Of a stretch of 64,000 nt of DNA, positions 1 through 14,240 are shown in pieces. How positions within the stretch are numbered: the first letter of the stretch is position 1; each line of letters begins with the position of its first letter. The notes beneath the pieces were generated by a model that was not told the DNA's origin, did no database searches, and was given only the letters and a program-made list of their open reading frames with translations. A program made the translations under genes and the position numbers. This DNA is from Felis catus (lineage: Eukaryota): the NCBI RefSeq assembly GCF_018350175.1, contig NC_058374.1, positions 68,448,001-68,512,000 of the forward strand, in the 5' to 3' direction.

Positions 1-249
1 ACACAGTAACACCACCGTCTTTGGCATCTATGTGCCTGAGTTTGTCAAAGAGGCTGTATCATAGGGTAATTGTGAGGCGTAAATGAAATAATATATCTCA
101 GGTATATGGCACATAGCAAATTCCCAGGAAATGTTACCTATTATTGAATCTTTTTATCTTGGAAGAGCATCACACTTTTATAGATGGAGATTACTTTTAT
201 AGTTTTCTATCTGTTGGGATTTTTCTCATTTTATTAGCTTTGGGAGACA

Positions 250-500
250 ATTTGGCATAGTATTTAAGCATATGAACTCTAGAGCTGAACTGCCTGCATA
301 TAAATCCCAACATCCAAACTAATTAATTATATGACCTTGGATAATTGCTTTACATATTTGTTTTTTTTTTAATTTCTCTATCTATAAAATTGAGATATGT
401 ATAGCATTTGCCTCAGAGATTTACTGTGAGGATTCAATGAGGATTAAATATATGTAAAGTAGTTAGTGGTAAATGTGTTGCTAGCATGAACTATTACTTG
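250..500 (+). mobile_element. MIR SINE fragment
   Basis: Degenerate MIR core (tgaccttggataa...tctataaaattgag...gtgaggattcaatgag). Confidence 0.7.
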
Positions 501-754
501 TCTCAAAATGTTCTTAATGTCCTTTTCGTCCATTTTTATCCTCTAGTGAAATTGAGATCTATTCTGTCAAGTTTAGAGAAATCCCATTTCTATTTTGATT
601 ACAAGTACATTGTTTTGTAAAAGAAATTATAATATTGAGTCTTCTTACTAAGGGAAAAGATGTATTTCTCCAGTTTTTCAACACTGCTTCTACATCTATC
701 AGTAAATAATTACAGTTTTTTTCTTCACACTATTTTTTAAGAATACTACTAGAA

Positions 755-985
755 GGGTGCCTGGGTAGCTCAGTCAGTTGAGTGTTGGATCAAGTTTTAG
801 ATCATGTCATGACCTCACGGTTTGTGGGTTTGAGCTCTGCATTGGGCTCTGCGCTGACAGTATGGAGTCTGCTTGGGATTCTCTCTCTCTCCTTCTCTCT
901 CTCTGCCCCTCCCCTGCTCATTCATGTTCTTTCTCTCTCTCTCTCTCAAAATAAATAAATAAACTTTTAAAACAAATTTTAAAAA
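755..985 (+). mobile_element. Can-SINE (SINEC)
   Basis: gggtgcctgggtagctcagtc head, (CT)n, A-rich tail; TSD-like tactacta on both sides. Confidence 0.93.
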
Positions 986-2386
986 GTACTACTAAATAAT
1001 TATGTTTGTTAATATTATAAATATTTTATATTAAATATTTTAAATAAATATTTTATTTTTCTTATTTTTAAATATTTATCATTAGTACTCAAGGAAACCA
1101 TTGTTTAGTTTATATTTATCTTCTTTGTAGCCACTTTGCTCTTAATTCTAGTATTTTATTTAAATCCATTTTCTTTCCTATTCTTGTATATAATCACGTA
1201 GTATGCAAATAATAGTTTCGCCTCTTTTCTAATTGTTTAAAATCTGAGTTTTACTAAATTTTGAACTGTATTTGCGTAAGCTTCCATAGTAATGCTAAAT
1301 TTATGTGTTTAACAAATATTCAGTGGGTGGTTTCCATGTTTCAGGTTCTGTGGAAAGAACTTGGGATAAACCAACCGACAGCATAGCTATGGGTCCTTTT
1401 CTTAGAGAACTTTAAAACTAAAACTAGCCCCATGGTTTTAACATAGTATATATCAAATGTTGTGTGTGGGTTTGCATTATTTGTGGAAGATGTTAGATAG
1501 GTTTCATTAGATTATCAAAAACAGTTTATCATCACAAAAGCTTGAAAACCATTAGTCCTAATTTATGGTGACAAATTTAAGCCTTATTTGTATTCTGAAT
1601 AATTTTACTTCATAATGATTTAAATGTTCTTATTCCCTATTATAGATTTTTTATATTTGAAAGCAACTATGGTAGTAATATCAGTTTCCTTAATATATTC
1701 ATATTTTAAAAATTATCCACATTCTGAAAAATCAGTTACTAATTTTTCATAGAAATCTATTAAAATAATATGCACATTATAAAAAAGACTCTTTAGAGAT
1801 ACATTAGTTTAAACTTTAAAAAGTAATATTTTGAGTATTAAAAATCAACTGAAATGCAATTCAAGTCACAGATTTTTCATCCCTGGTTTCTAAGGAAAAG
1901 GAATAAACTGGGGTATGGTTTGCAATCTTAACTTATGGTTATTTGTTCTAGACTAAAGATTAGGGGTTTAAAGAAATGTGCTTAAATGAAAAGTAAACAA
2001 ATAGGCTTGTCTGTGTTTATTTGTTTTTTTCTTTTGCCAGTAATTATTCTTTACACATTTCTATTACCTGATTGCTAGGGAAGACAGCAGGACTTTCTCC
2101 AGGTTTGATGTAGTGACTATGGGAGCACTTTATTGGTTCAACAGAGTAAGAATCTAGCCAGCTAGGTGGTTCTCCACAAACAAAACAAGGTTGAACAGTG
2201 TGGCAGATACCCACTCATGTGGACAAAGAACAAGCCTCACTCCCCCAACTGCCTCTCACTTTGCCCCACTGTAGCATGCCAGTAAGTATGCAGGCCTGGG
2301 CCAGCAGATTATTTGCTTCATGGAGCCAGTCACTTGAAATCCTTGAAAGTACTTTGAATGGAAATATAAAAAGTTAAAGCATTGTT

Positions 2387-2600
2387 GGGGCGCCTGGGTG
2401 GCGCAGTCGGTTAAGCATCCGACTTCAGCCAGGTCACGATCTCGTGGTCCGTGAGTTCGAGCCCCGCATCGGGCTCTGGGCTGGTGGCTCAGAGCCTGGA
2501 GCCTGCTTCCGATTCTGTGTCTCCCTCTCTCTCTGTCCCTCCCCCGTTCATGCTCTGTCTCTCTCTGTCCCAAAAAAAAAAATAAATAAACGTTGAAAAA
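2387..2600 (+). mobile_element. Young felid Can-SINE (SINEC_Fc-like)
   Basis: CpG-rich head ggggcgcctgggtggcgcagtcggttaag; perfect 17-bp TSD aaaaagttaaagcattg (2368-2384 and 2601-2617). Confidence 0.96.
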
Positions 2601-3467
2601 AAAAAGTTAAAGCATTGAAAATTTCCTTCTCAAGTGATTATCTGTAAGGGTTCAATCCACTATCTTAGGAAATTCACTTTCTACTTGTTCACCTAATTCA
2701 TTTACAAATAAATTAGGGAGATTCTTTAAAACGTTGGTGAGAAGCGGCTAGAGTTGTAATTGGAATCACTGACCCTCAGTGAATGGATTTTAGCCATGAT
2801 GTGAAGAGGAAAAGGCAAAGAGAGGGGATGCTATGAGTGGTTTAAAACAAAAAAATTGCCAAGACAGAATGTGATTGAAGAAAGAGAAAAGGGCAATTGA
2901 TAGGTTCTTCCTTCCCTTTTCAGTCTCTTCAGTTTATCACTTCAGGTGATGTACAAACATGTAATCATTATTTTTTAGGTCGATGAAATAATTCTGAAGG
3001 CATTTATTAATTTATATATTCAGGGATTTTAAAAAAATGTTTATTGAGCATTTCCTGTGAAATATGCAGGTGGTAGCTTCTAGCTAGAGCTTCCCCTTTG
3101 AAGTTTATAGACCAATGGGGGCAAAAGTCATTAATAAGTGTCCGATCATAAAAAGCATACTTGCAATAAAGGGAAGGCACAGGGAACTATGAAAGTGTCA
3201 TTGGAAAACCTGATTTCACTTGGGGATTGACAGATAGCTTCTCTAAGGAAAGTCAGTCTAGGTCGCATTCTGAGAAACGCTTGAGTTGGATGGAAAGCAT
3301 GTGATAGGCAAGCAGGAATTAAACAAGGCAGAACCTTGTCACCCACATTGATGCATTTATTATTATTATTTTAAATTTAGTAGGCCATGAAAGGAGGGGG
3401 ACCATATCATATCTCCAATATTAGAAAACACTCTAGCTTCAGTTTGGGAATAGTGAAAAGATCTGGA

Positions 3468-3668
3468 GGGGTGCCTGGGTGGCTCAGTTGATTGAAAGCC
3501 CAACTCGATTTTGGCTCAGATCATGATTTCATGGTTTGTGAGATCAAGTCCTGAGTTGGGCTCTGTGCTGATGGAGCCTTCTTGGGATGCTCTCTCCCTC
3601 TCTCTTTGCCCCTCCACCGCTTGTGCACATGTGTACTCTCTCTCTCTCTCACAATAAATATTTAAAAA
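3468..3668 (+). mobile_element. Can-SINE (older)
   Basis: tRNA-derived head, (CT)n, AATAAA tail. Confidence 0.92.
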
Positions 3669-3679
3669 ATATCTAGACA

Positions 3680-3775
3680 TGGGCAGTGGTGATGGTTACA
3701 AAATGATATGAACTGTACACTTAAAATGATTAAAATGGTAAATTTTATGATGTGCATATTTTGTCACAATAACAG
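3680..3775 (+). mobile_element. Old L1 (L1M-type) 3' end fragment
   Basis: gaactgtacacttaaaatg...ggtaaattttatg...cacaat, typical of L1M 3' UTR ends. Confidence 0.7.
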
Positions 3776-3959
3776 AAGAAATATACTCAATCTCTCTGAC
3801 TATATGCCCTCACATAAAAACTGTGGATCATTATACTAACCACCTCAGTGTGTCATAATAGTATTAAAAGAGGTAACTCAAATCAAGTACTTGACAGGGA
3901 TCCCGGAAGAACTGAACTGCTGTATTCATATTCTAATGATGAGCAGATTGAAGATGATC

Positions 3960-4155
3960 ACAGTGCTGTGGATGAAGATGTTAGGATCCAGGTACCATCA
4001 TTTATTATCATTGATAAGTTATGTAACTGCTCTTAACCTCATTTTCTTGATTTGTTAATTGTGGTTAATAGCAGTTACCTATTGGTTATTGTGAAGATAA
4101 AAGATATGTAGAACACCTGCCCAGTGTCTGGAACATAGTAAGTATTCAACAAATA
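3960..4155 (+). mobile_element. MIR fragment
   Basis: cctcattttcttgattt...gtgaagataaa...ggaacatagtaagtattcaacaaat. Confidence 0.6.
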
Positions 4156-4289
4156 AGTTAATTTCTTTTACTGGGCTACTACTCATGGGATATTAGTCCC
4201 TAAAACTATATAAAAATTATTAATAAAAATCAAATACAGATGTATCCGTTGTAAATTCTAAGAATGATAAAGATCCAGGAATACTCCTA

Positions 4290-5382
4290 GTGTCATTTGA
4301 AAGGAGTAAGAGTGCCGGATCATATGCTATGAGTATGTTTAGTTTTGTAAGAAACTGTCAATCCGTCTTCCAAAGTGGCTGTACCATTTTTGCATTCCCA
4401 CGGGAAATGAATAAGATTTCTAGTTGCTTCACACACTCACCGGCATTTGATGTTGTGAGTATTCTGGATTTGAGCCGTTCTAAGTGGTATTTTCTTGTTT
4501 TGATTTCCAATTCCCNNNNNNNNNNNNNNNNNNNNNNNNNNNNNNNNNNNNNNNNNNNNNNNNNNNNNNNNNNNNNNNNNNNNNNNNNNNNNNNNNNNNN
4601 NNNNNNNNNNNNNNNNNNNNNNNNNNNNNNNNNNNNNNNNNNNNNNNNNNNNNNNNNNNNNNNNNNNNNNNNNNNNNNNNNNNNNNNNNNNNNNNNNNNN
4701 NNNNNNNNNNNNNNNNNNNNNNNNNNNNNNNNNTTCATATTGACTTTTGNNNNNNNNNNNNNNNNNNNNNNNNNNNNNNNNNNNNNNNNNNNNNNNNNNN
4801 NNNNNNNNNNNNNNNNNNNNNNNNNNNNNNNNNNNNNNNNNNNNNNNNNNNNNNNNNNNNNNNNNNNNNNNNNNNNNNNNNNNNNNNNNNNNNNNNNNNN
4901 NNNNNNNNNNNNNNNNNNNNNNNNNNNNNNNNNNNNNNNNNNNNNNNNNNNNNNNNNNNNNNNNNNNNNNNNNNNNNNNNNNNNNNNNNNNNNNNNNNNN
5001 NNNNNNNNNNNNNNNNNNNNNNNNNNNNNNNNNNNNNNNNNNNNNNNNNNNNNNNNNNNNNNNNNNNNNNNNNNNNNNNNNNNNNNNNNNNNNNNNNNNN
5101 NNNNNNNNNNNNNNNNNNNNNNNNNNNNNNNNNNNNNNNNNNNNNNNNNNNNNNNNNNNNNNNNNNNNNNNNNNNNNNNNNNNNNNNNNNNNNNNNNNNN
5201 NNNATTTTCCTTCAATATTGTGTTGGTTATTCTGGGTCTTTTACCTCTTCATCTAAACTTTAGAATTGGTTTTCAACACACAAAATAACATAAAATAACT
5301 TGCTGGGATTTTGATTGGGATTGTATTGAATCTATAGATCAAGTTAGGAAGAACTGACATCTTGACAATATTGAGTCTTCCA
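4290..5382 (-). mobile_element. Old L1 ORF2 fragment, largely covered by N-gaps
   Basis: The minus-strand translation includes GNAKMVQPLWKT (L1 ORF2 C-terminal region). 5204-5382 matches antisense L1 ORF2 (ttgattgggattgtattgaatctatagatc). Confidence 0.85.
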
Positions 5383-6573
5383 CCTTTTCATCTTTGCATG
5401 AAAATGTGCTAAAATACTTGTTTAATGAAACAATAAATTGAACTCTTCCATACCGTAGCCATATTGCAAAAGTTTGTCCTTTTTATGCAGCTCAGTTGTA
5501 GCCAAGGAGCTAGCTGGCTGATAAAGTTAAAGATCTACCACTGAGAGGTTGCACCTTTGCATCAGGCATGTCTGAAGGTGAACGGTGTATAGATTAGATG
5601 CAATTAGCAGAAAATGGTGGGAAGGACATAACAGTGCAGTTGAGCTAATCTCAGGTTTAAAAAAATCTATGTCACTATGTATACCCCTAAAGATGCTGTG
5701 GTCAATGGGGTTTTTCAGCTTTATAAAACAATATGTATGTTCAGATATGTCAGGGGAGTTTCTCATTCTCAGCAAAACTCAGGGGAGTTTCTCATTTCAA
5801 ATAAAAATACTAATTGCAAAAAACAAAATGGAATCCTTCCCAAACAAGGAGGCACACTAACAGGAGATGACAGAACCACCATAATTAAACAATCCTTACT
5901 CTTGGCATTTTAAAGGAAGACCTGAGGATGAGTATCTATAGTAATCGACAAATCTCCTGCATGTGTACTAGGAATAATACCTGATTTAGTTAAGATATCT
6001 TCCTTTGATAAAAGTACTGAACGTTTTGGGGGAAGTAACTTATCCGATAACTGTATACTCTTAGTTTCTTAAGAAGCTCACTTCTGCAAGGGCAAGAGAT
6101 TTGCAACCTGGAATTTTTAACTTTTTACCAGACTTGACTATAAGGCAATTTGCCAACATCTTATTAGATGACATATTTAAAAGGAAATATAAAAGGCAGT
6201 ACGTGGTGCTTTTGTTTCTGCTGGAATGCTGAGAGTCAGAGAGGTTTAGTATGTAATGATATAAATCATTCCCAGAAATTTAAGACACGTTATTCTAAGC
6301 AAATGGAAACAAACACAAATGAAAACAACTCGAAGGTGAATAAACAAAAACATGATGAAGCTGGAAGCAAAATATACCTATTGATAGAGGAAAAAATACT
6401 TATTAAAATACCAAAAAATATTAAGCAGGGATAATCTGGTTGTTGTTGTTACTATTATTATTATCATTATTATTACTAAAGATTTCAGAGATAGCTCAAA
6501 TACAAGTAATGTATGAATGGTCACTTAAATAATTTATGTGAAAATATTGCCTTTGCCTAAAGTCTACTGCTTA

Positions 6574-6607
6574 TTAATAATAATAATAATAATAATAATA
6601 AAATAAT
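6574..6607. repeat. (AAT)n microsatellite
   Basis: Direct reading. Confidence 0.85.
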
Positions 6608-9600
6608 TGCCTAACTTTTTTCATCTTAACTGTGGAGATCATTATATCATTTCTGTATGGTCGTGTAGGGAGTTTAATTTTCCAGCTAAATCAAATTTCT
6701 TAAAATATCAATGATAATTTGAGATTTGGAGATATAAATATGGACATATTGAATTCACCACTGATATTTTCTTGAATAGGACTAAAAGTCTTTTAATAAC
6801 CTTAATAAGCCTGATGCATTCAAAACTAGCTCACACAAATAAGAGAGGATGAATTTCTGAAACCTATGAATTTCTAATATGTTTATTCTAAAAAACTGAA
6901 GTTACAGTCATGGTATATTCCTTAAATCTTCAAAACACCAAGAAGCATTTTTAAAAATCTGTTTTAGTTCAGCAAGAATTTTTGAGCAAAAGCCAACAGT
7001 ATTTCTTCTAAACTCATAGAAACTCGAAGAAAGTAAATAATTCTGGCAATAGAGCAAAGGGCTGCAGGGCTCCTGCCAATATTTACAGCTGTCACTGCTT
7101 TCTTCCCTTATTTTATGTTTTTAGTTAGTGAGAGGACCATGATGGGGGGGAATCATTTTAGGTTTATATTTCTGCTGTTTCTTTTCTCTTTGTTTCATTT
7201 TTCCACTGCATAATACAAATTGACTTGAAGGTTCTACCTGTTACTGGGCTTCACATAGTATTTCTATGCAGATCACTTCCAGGTACCTATTCCCAACCCC
7301 AACCCCCTCCAAAAATTCTGGTCTCATTTATTCAAATGTTTACTTGGTATCTCCATTTGGATGTATAATGGGAAACTGAAACCCAGCACATTCAAAACTA
7401 AATTTTTGGCCAACTCACTCTCCACCAAACCCCTACTTCCCCTTTGCCAAGTGGCAGCATCTTCCACACCAATGGGCAAGTCAAGAGGTGAGAACTCACC
7501 CCTGAGCTTCTCTCTTTCCCTCACCTTCTACTTCCAAACTGTTTATTTCTCACAGGTCTGAGGACCATCGAGCTTGGGTCTGTTGAATCTCTATGGACCT
7601 AACACAGGGTACATGATAAACCCTGAAATATTTTAAAACAGATATAATTGCCTATATAACCGTTTCTACATTTGCTAAATAAATTATAAGTAAATCACTC
7701 ACTTTACATATCTACACTGGAAATTGTATTGGCAACCTCACAGCATTAGAGAATTCATTACATCTTGGAAGAGAAATGGTGTTGTATCATTCCTCCCAAT
7801 TGTAGAAATGCATGGAATTATCTTCAAACCAATGTTAACTGTTTAGTAGTGATTCTTGTGCTTAAAGACTTCCAAATGAAGGCAGTTATACAGCCATTCA
7901 CAGGTGTAGTGCTTTTTCTTTTAATTATCAGTTTTCTTCTATGACATATCTTCAGTGGCATTAAATACACACACAAATACACTCACATGCACATGCACAC
8001 ACATTTATTGATCTCACACTGTGCAAGGTTTTGAGGCCCCAATAGGAATAAGAAGATATGTATAAGGCATGTTCTTTTTACTCAGTAAATTCTAATCTAG
8101 TTAGAGATTAAGAAAGAGTAATATAGGTGTCTTATTTACATTTTTTCATATAGTTCTCACAAGTAAGTACCTATTAGTGTTCCTACTTGCCAGTTGCTGA
8201 AATAATTTGCCCAAATGAAATAGCCATATGAAAGAATTCTCATTGTATCTACATTCTTGTGTTTTAATCTCATTACCTTTTGATAATATAAAAATCTAAA
8301 ATGCTGTGACCATATGCACAGACTTTCCAAGACAGTTTTATAGTCAGATGTTCTGCTATATTTATCTTCATAAGCCATCAAGACCTGTCAAAAATACCAA
8401 ATTTTGGCTAAGAAACCACTTCTCCAAAATATTTTTTTCACCCCTTACTTCTTGAAATTGTCTTCAAATAAGTCTTCTAATAAAGTGTCCCTATATTCAG
8501 TTGGAGGTGGCCTGGCATTTGAAGATGAGCAAGAACCTAATAATAAGGAATCCAGGAGTGAGTTAAACAAATTCTCCATGATTTTAGACAAGGGAGAAGA
8601 TCTCATAGGACATTGCCAGAGGTTAGATTTTCCTATAAATAGAAAGCTTGATTTAAGTCTTGAAATATAGAAGAGACATTGTTTTCTCATTTATAAACTG
8701 AGGTTAATAATAATTACTGTATCATTTGAGTTCATATGAATATTAATAATAAGCTTCTAGAACAGAGTCTGCCTTTCAAGTTGAGAGATAATGGAGTGTG
8801 GTTATATTAACTATGAAGCTAAGGATTATTTAATTGATCTTTTAATTTCTAAAATATTTATAATTCTAATTACAGCATATATAATATGATTATAAAGTAT
8901 AAATATGCTATAGTATTGTAATTTCTATAACCTAATATAATGTATAGTATAACACATAAAATACTCAATAGATATTGAAGGAAGTATGAAGTGTTGGTGT
9001 ACCGCTGACAAATTTTGAGGCAGAGTACAAGAGAGTTAACTTTTTTGAAGATCAAATTAAACTTTGCTTCAAATTAAACTGAGCTTCAGATATTTCGATA
9101 CATGTTCCTTAAAATAATAAAATTCTGGCATGGATTCCTCTTGGTAACCGGGATCAAGGATAGATCCAGCAAGATTGTTATGATAGGTGTGCTTAAGTAG
9201 ACTCTAAGTATCTGAAGATTGAAAAATTGCCTCTACTTCTAATACTAACTGAGGTTTGTCTGGGCCCTTTCATACAGTAGGTGCTCAATAAGTACTTGTT
9301 GTCTGATAAGACTTGAGTTTCCTAAAAAGAAATAATTCCTTATGTTAAGAGAAAATAAAGGCATTATCAGAAACTGTGGAATCCCTTTCCTTTAGACTTC
9401 AGACTTTGCATTAGCCATATCTTTGTTCTGAAATTGTATTTAAGCGGAGGGATATATCCACTCTTGTCTTATGGAAAACTTAATTAATACTCGATACAAA
9501 TTTGAATAACAAGGAGTAAAATTCTTTGTATAGCTCAAGACTACATTGTTGTTATAAATCAGAAACTTCCACAAAAGAGCATGAGAATAGGGAGAGAATT

Positions 9601-11549
9601 AGGGAGCTTCCCCAGTATTTCTTCTGTGAATGGAACACTGAAAAGGAGACTGAAGAACACAGTGTTCATCAACCAAAGCACTTGGGATCAAATAGAATGA
9701 TGATATTTTCCTGCAGAACAATTCAGCAAGGGAAACTCACTCACCACCTATGAAATCAAAGTTCAACATTTGGTATTTTAGGCTCTATAATTTGATTCCA
9801 TTTTCTTCCCACTTATCTTTTTTCTAATTCTCCCATGAGTGTATGCCCTGGCCATATTAAACTCTGCAGAGTTCTCGGACTTTAACCTTTACTTTCCTTC
9901 TGTATGCTTTTACTATTGGCACTTCCACCTGCTTGCATGGATCTACCTGTGAAATATAGACCAATGATTTGCTTTTACTAATTATTCCATAAACTTATTC
10001 AACCAATGTTAATTGTGTGCCTTTAATGAGTAAGGCTTTGTGTTAAGCAACATGGAGTATGGTAAAAGGAATGAGACAAACTGTTGCTGAGGTGTTTACA
10101 TCTAGAAACTCTGTCACTGAATGTATATCCTTGATTTACCAATACGTTTGCTGTTGCTACAAAATGTTGCTACTTGACGGGTGCTTCATAAATAGTGTGG
10201 AAGGAATGAATAATTAAAAAGGATCATCCAGCTATGTTTATATGATTATTTTATAATCTTCAAAGGAAATAAAACAAATTTCTTGACAGCACCCAATAAA
10301 AACTGATATCTGACTAAAGTGCACAAATGTTCACATATACCCTCTTATATGTGTTTCAAAAATAAATACTTATTAAATACGTATTGTTTAATTGAATTGA
10401 AGTGCATTTAAAAATAATTCTCTTGTTTCTAGGAATAGGGGCCTAAATTATTTTGGTAGGAATCACTCCTCAGTTTAAATACTGATATGACGACCTACAG
10501 TTAGTGATTCTCCCCTGTTATTTGAAAAATAGAATGTCAAGGTTATATCCTGCTCTTTCCTTCTGTACGGTATCTCAACTTGAACAGCAGCGATTAGGAG
10601 ATACAAGATCATTAGCCTCATTCTTCAATCATGGGTGGGTCTCTTGTCAGAAGACAGTAAGAAATTTTATTCTTGAGCCTTGAGGCTTTATTCTTGAGCC
10701 TTTATTCTCAGCCTTGAGGTTGGTGAGGTAGTATAAATACCTGCCCTTTTACATGTAAGACATACAGATATTGTGGAGCAAGAAGCAGCTGCTTTAGGGA
10801 GAATGGCTACAAATGGAGCTTCAGAAAGCAGAGTGGCCGTAGCAGTGAAGCCTTGGTATTAGACATGGCCATCTGTACAGAGGAATAAAGTCATACAGAG
10901 GAGAGCTGACAGCCCAGGAAGTCTTTAAAATTCCCAGTGTAAGCTGAGTGCATGTTTCCATCTGGTATGGTTTCTTCCCAGGTTTCATTCTCTTGCGAGT
11001 CTGTGGGAGAGCAAAAGGGAAAGTTCTGTCTTGCTGGCATGGGAATTTGTTTCCTGCTGTCAAAGGCTTATTCAATCCTATTTTGGATTGTTAGATATGA
11101 TTCACAAGGAAGGTATCATGAAACACATTACTTTGACGTAGTCCAGCTATCTCAGATCCGTTTGAACGGCTGTTGGGCTGCAAGAGAAGTTAATAGTACG
11201 TTTCAGTCATGTCATTATAGTCCCACAAGTCTCATTTAATAGTAAGAAAACTTCTAGGTGTTAGTGAAAGCAATATGTCAAAATGCCTTATTCATTATAA
11301 TGTGGTAAAGTAAATCAGATGTAGACATACAGGATATTCAATTCTCACCCAGACCAAAAGCCACAACAAAGTACAGTGCAGACATAATTTTAAGAGATGA
11401 GTTTTTGAATGTTAAATGTTAGTTATCTTCTGATTTTTAGTGTGCACTGCTTAAAGATGTGGTCTAATGAATTCAGAACACATTTGATTGTTGTCTGTGA
11501 GTGTTGGAAATATTTTGACTTTCACTTAATACACTTACTACAATACAGT

Positions 11550-11745
11550 AGTTTTTGAACTATAGTTTTTGTAGTATGCCTACAAATTACCTGGGAAGCT
11601 TGATTAAAAAGTAGATACCTGGGTTATTCCCACAGAGACTCTAATTATTCTTGGGAGTTTTTCAGAAATCTATTTTATTAACAAGTACATCCAAGTACTG
11701 TTAAGGTAGCTGGCCCCTAGACCATGTTTTGGGAAGTACCATCTT
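11550..11745. mobile_element. MER5-like hAT-Charlie fragment
   Basis: aattacctgggaagctt...aaatctattttattaacaagtac...gaccatgttttggg. Confidence 0.55.
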
Positions 11746-13494
11746 AGCATTTTGAAAAATATGTTGATCATGAATACACAAAAAAACTTTTTTTGCAATC
11801 TAGAGCTAGGATAAATTCTAAGTATCTTTCAAAAAATAAACAATAAAGAGTAAAGGGTTTAAATCTTTCTAGAATAGAAGGAGTCACATGCTGGCTCTGT
11901 GTATCTTTGGGCAATCCACATGATCTTGATAACTCTGTTCGTCTATCAAAATCTTAGACATTTGGTAGTGTCAGAGGATATGATATATAGATTAATGATT
12001 TGTAAAATTTTTAGCACCAATCCTTGGTATTGCTCCTTTATGGTCCCCAGTAGCTGAGGTGACCTTGTTACTGTCAACACTCCTACTCATTGGCTCCATT
12101 CAGTTGCTTCCACTGTTCTTTATAACACAGGAAGAATCAGTTCTGCTTCCCAGTATCCTTCCTAACTCGTCCTAAAACCTACCTGCTATGTTTCATCTCT
12201 CACTTGATATTCCTCTCTTCTTTTTTTTAATTTAGTAACAGTTCTTTGCCAAATGTAGTACTGTATTCAAAGTAGAGTAAAACATGTGTTTGCCCTTGAA
12301 TAACAAAGTGATCCATATTGATACACTGATAGGAAAGAGGTTGAGTGGAATTCATAAATATACGTTTGAGTTTTAAATCTTTCTTGATGAAATAGCTCCT
12401 CCCTTGTTCATTGACTGAACGGTAATTTATGGAATTACTTACGAAATCATGTTGTCTGATTTGCTCATGATTACTGTCTCCATTTTCCAATAGCATCTCG
12501 CTTTTGTAATTTCAAGCAAAATAACGGGCACAATTGACAGTATGTCATGTTGGGGGATTAGTTTGGAATCAGCAGGACCCTTCTGCATTTTCTCAAATGT
12601 CAAGAACTACCCAACCACGCATACACACGCTCCTAAAATGTGGGACAAAATATATGTAGGACTTTCTGTTTACTACCTGAAAGTGATGGTTTCCTGAAAT
12701 TGTCTCAGTGATAAGCCTGACTGCATCATTAGTCTTATATGACATCATTAGCTTAAATTTGCCTGTGAAAACATATGTGCTATAAATATCACAAACAGGG
12801 GTTCTACTATTTTTAAATTCCTCTGCATGTCTTACATAATTTTAAAAATAAATGGATAATTAATCATAAAATGTAAAAATGTGAGGAGTCAATAGTTCTG
12901 TTAAATGCAAGCTATACTGTCAGTACTCAATTAATATACACATCTTCAAAATGCCTTCAGATATTTTTTCCTCAGCAGCCCCTAAGACATACTTCACAAT
13001 CTGATGATGTCATATTTATTGAAATGTTTTAAAATATATTGTATCACTTCGGTCTTTACATATACTTCATACACAGTCAAGTGGTGGACTGTTTCAAGGA
13101 CTAAGAAGATTGCAGTCTAAAGAATATTATGCTCTACCTACTAGTTGAACAATGTATGGCCCTGTTCTGAAAAAGGATACTGTTTATAATCAGTTTCAGA
13201 AAATGGGGTGTTTTTCTCGAGTCTGTGCTGTTATTCTTTGGCTTAGGCAGCAAGTTCTTCGGAAACTTTTACTAAGTATATTTGATCATAGCAGTAAGCT
13301 GCTAAAATATTGTTAATGACTGCAGAAAAACTAGTGAACTGAGGTAATAATAATTTGATGATAGAGTTTAAAGAAGTCAGTGTGAGACTGGAGAAGAACA
13401 TCTGAAATATGCAATTATTCAGCTAGAGGGAGATGTGTTACCTATGTTTAAATTACATTTCATAATCTGAAAATTAGAATATTGATATGAAGAT

Positions 13495-13697
13495 TTTTTT
13501 TAATATTTATTTTTGAGAGAGAGAGAGACAGTGTGAGCAGTGGAGGGGCAGAGAAAGAGGCAGACACAGAATCCGAAGTAGGTTCCATGCTCTAAGCTGT
13601 CAGCACTGAGCCCAACATGGGCTCGAACTCACGAACTGCAAGATCATGACCTGAGCCAAAGCCAGATGCTTAACCGACTGAGCCACCCATGTGCCCC
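13495..13697 (-). mobile_element. Can-SINE
   Basis: Reverse-complement SINE with TSD atatgaagat. Confidence 0.94.
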
Positions 13698-14046
13698 AAT
13701 ATGAAGATGTTTAATGGACTTAACATTTAAATATATAATATCCCCTCTCTAAAGGGGTAGCCCTTTTTCTAAGATCAAAAACTGATTTTATTTCTGGGAA
13801 ATTTAACTTACTCCACTTTAATATTTACTTTTATTATGTACATATGTTGTAGGGCTTTTACTTGCATACACACACATACATACATTAGTACTCACAATAA
13901 TCCTGTGAAGAAGGAACTTGGATTTCCACTTTACAGACTGGGTGATGACCCCTTGGGAAGATTAAATGACTTGTACAGCAGAGGCAGAATTTCAGAATGA
14001 TAAATTTCAGGATAAAATGTCCTCTGCTTTTAAAATGTAGAGTAGG

Positions 14047-14240
14047 GGGGCACCTGGGTGGCTCAGTCTGTTAAGCATCTGACTTCAGCTCAGGTCATGA
14101 TGTCACAGCTCGTGGGTTCGAGACCCGCGTCAGAGCCTGGAACCTGCTTCCGATTCTGTGTCTGTATCCCTCTCTCTCTCTGCCCCTCTCCTGATTGAGT
14201 GCTCTCTCTCTCTAAAAAATAAATAAAAACATTAAAAAAA
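14047..14240 (+). mobile_element. Can-SINE with a small internal deletion
   Basis: Head and tail present; TSD ttaaaatgtaga(g/a)tag. Confidence 0.94.

Noticed and set aside
2387-2470. tRNA-like A-box and B-box sequence in SINE heads
   Set aside because: Can-SINEs are tRNA-derived; these are SINE promoters, not tRNA genes
2256-2573. 105-aa ORF and similar ORFs at 16940, 17345, 29487, 37153, 44886, 49950, 50540, 50951 and 61149
   Set aside because: These are translations of Can-SINE sequence (e.g. [20 protein letters not shown]), a common source of false genes
4290-5288. Long ORFs of 169-332 aa, and those at 53876-55385
   Set aside because: They are open only because they run through N-gaps
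5750-5796. Repeat-spacer-repeat units that superficially resemble CRISPR (also 14982, 31231 and 60284)
   Set aside because: Only two copies each, unrelated to one another, in a mammalian intron with no cas genes
10415-10735. Acceptor-like ttctcttgtttctag|G at 10432/10433 as a cryptic 5'UTR exon
   Set aside because: No convincing donor at a typical exon distance; such sites are common in AT-rich introns
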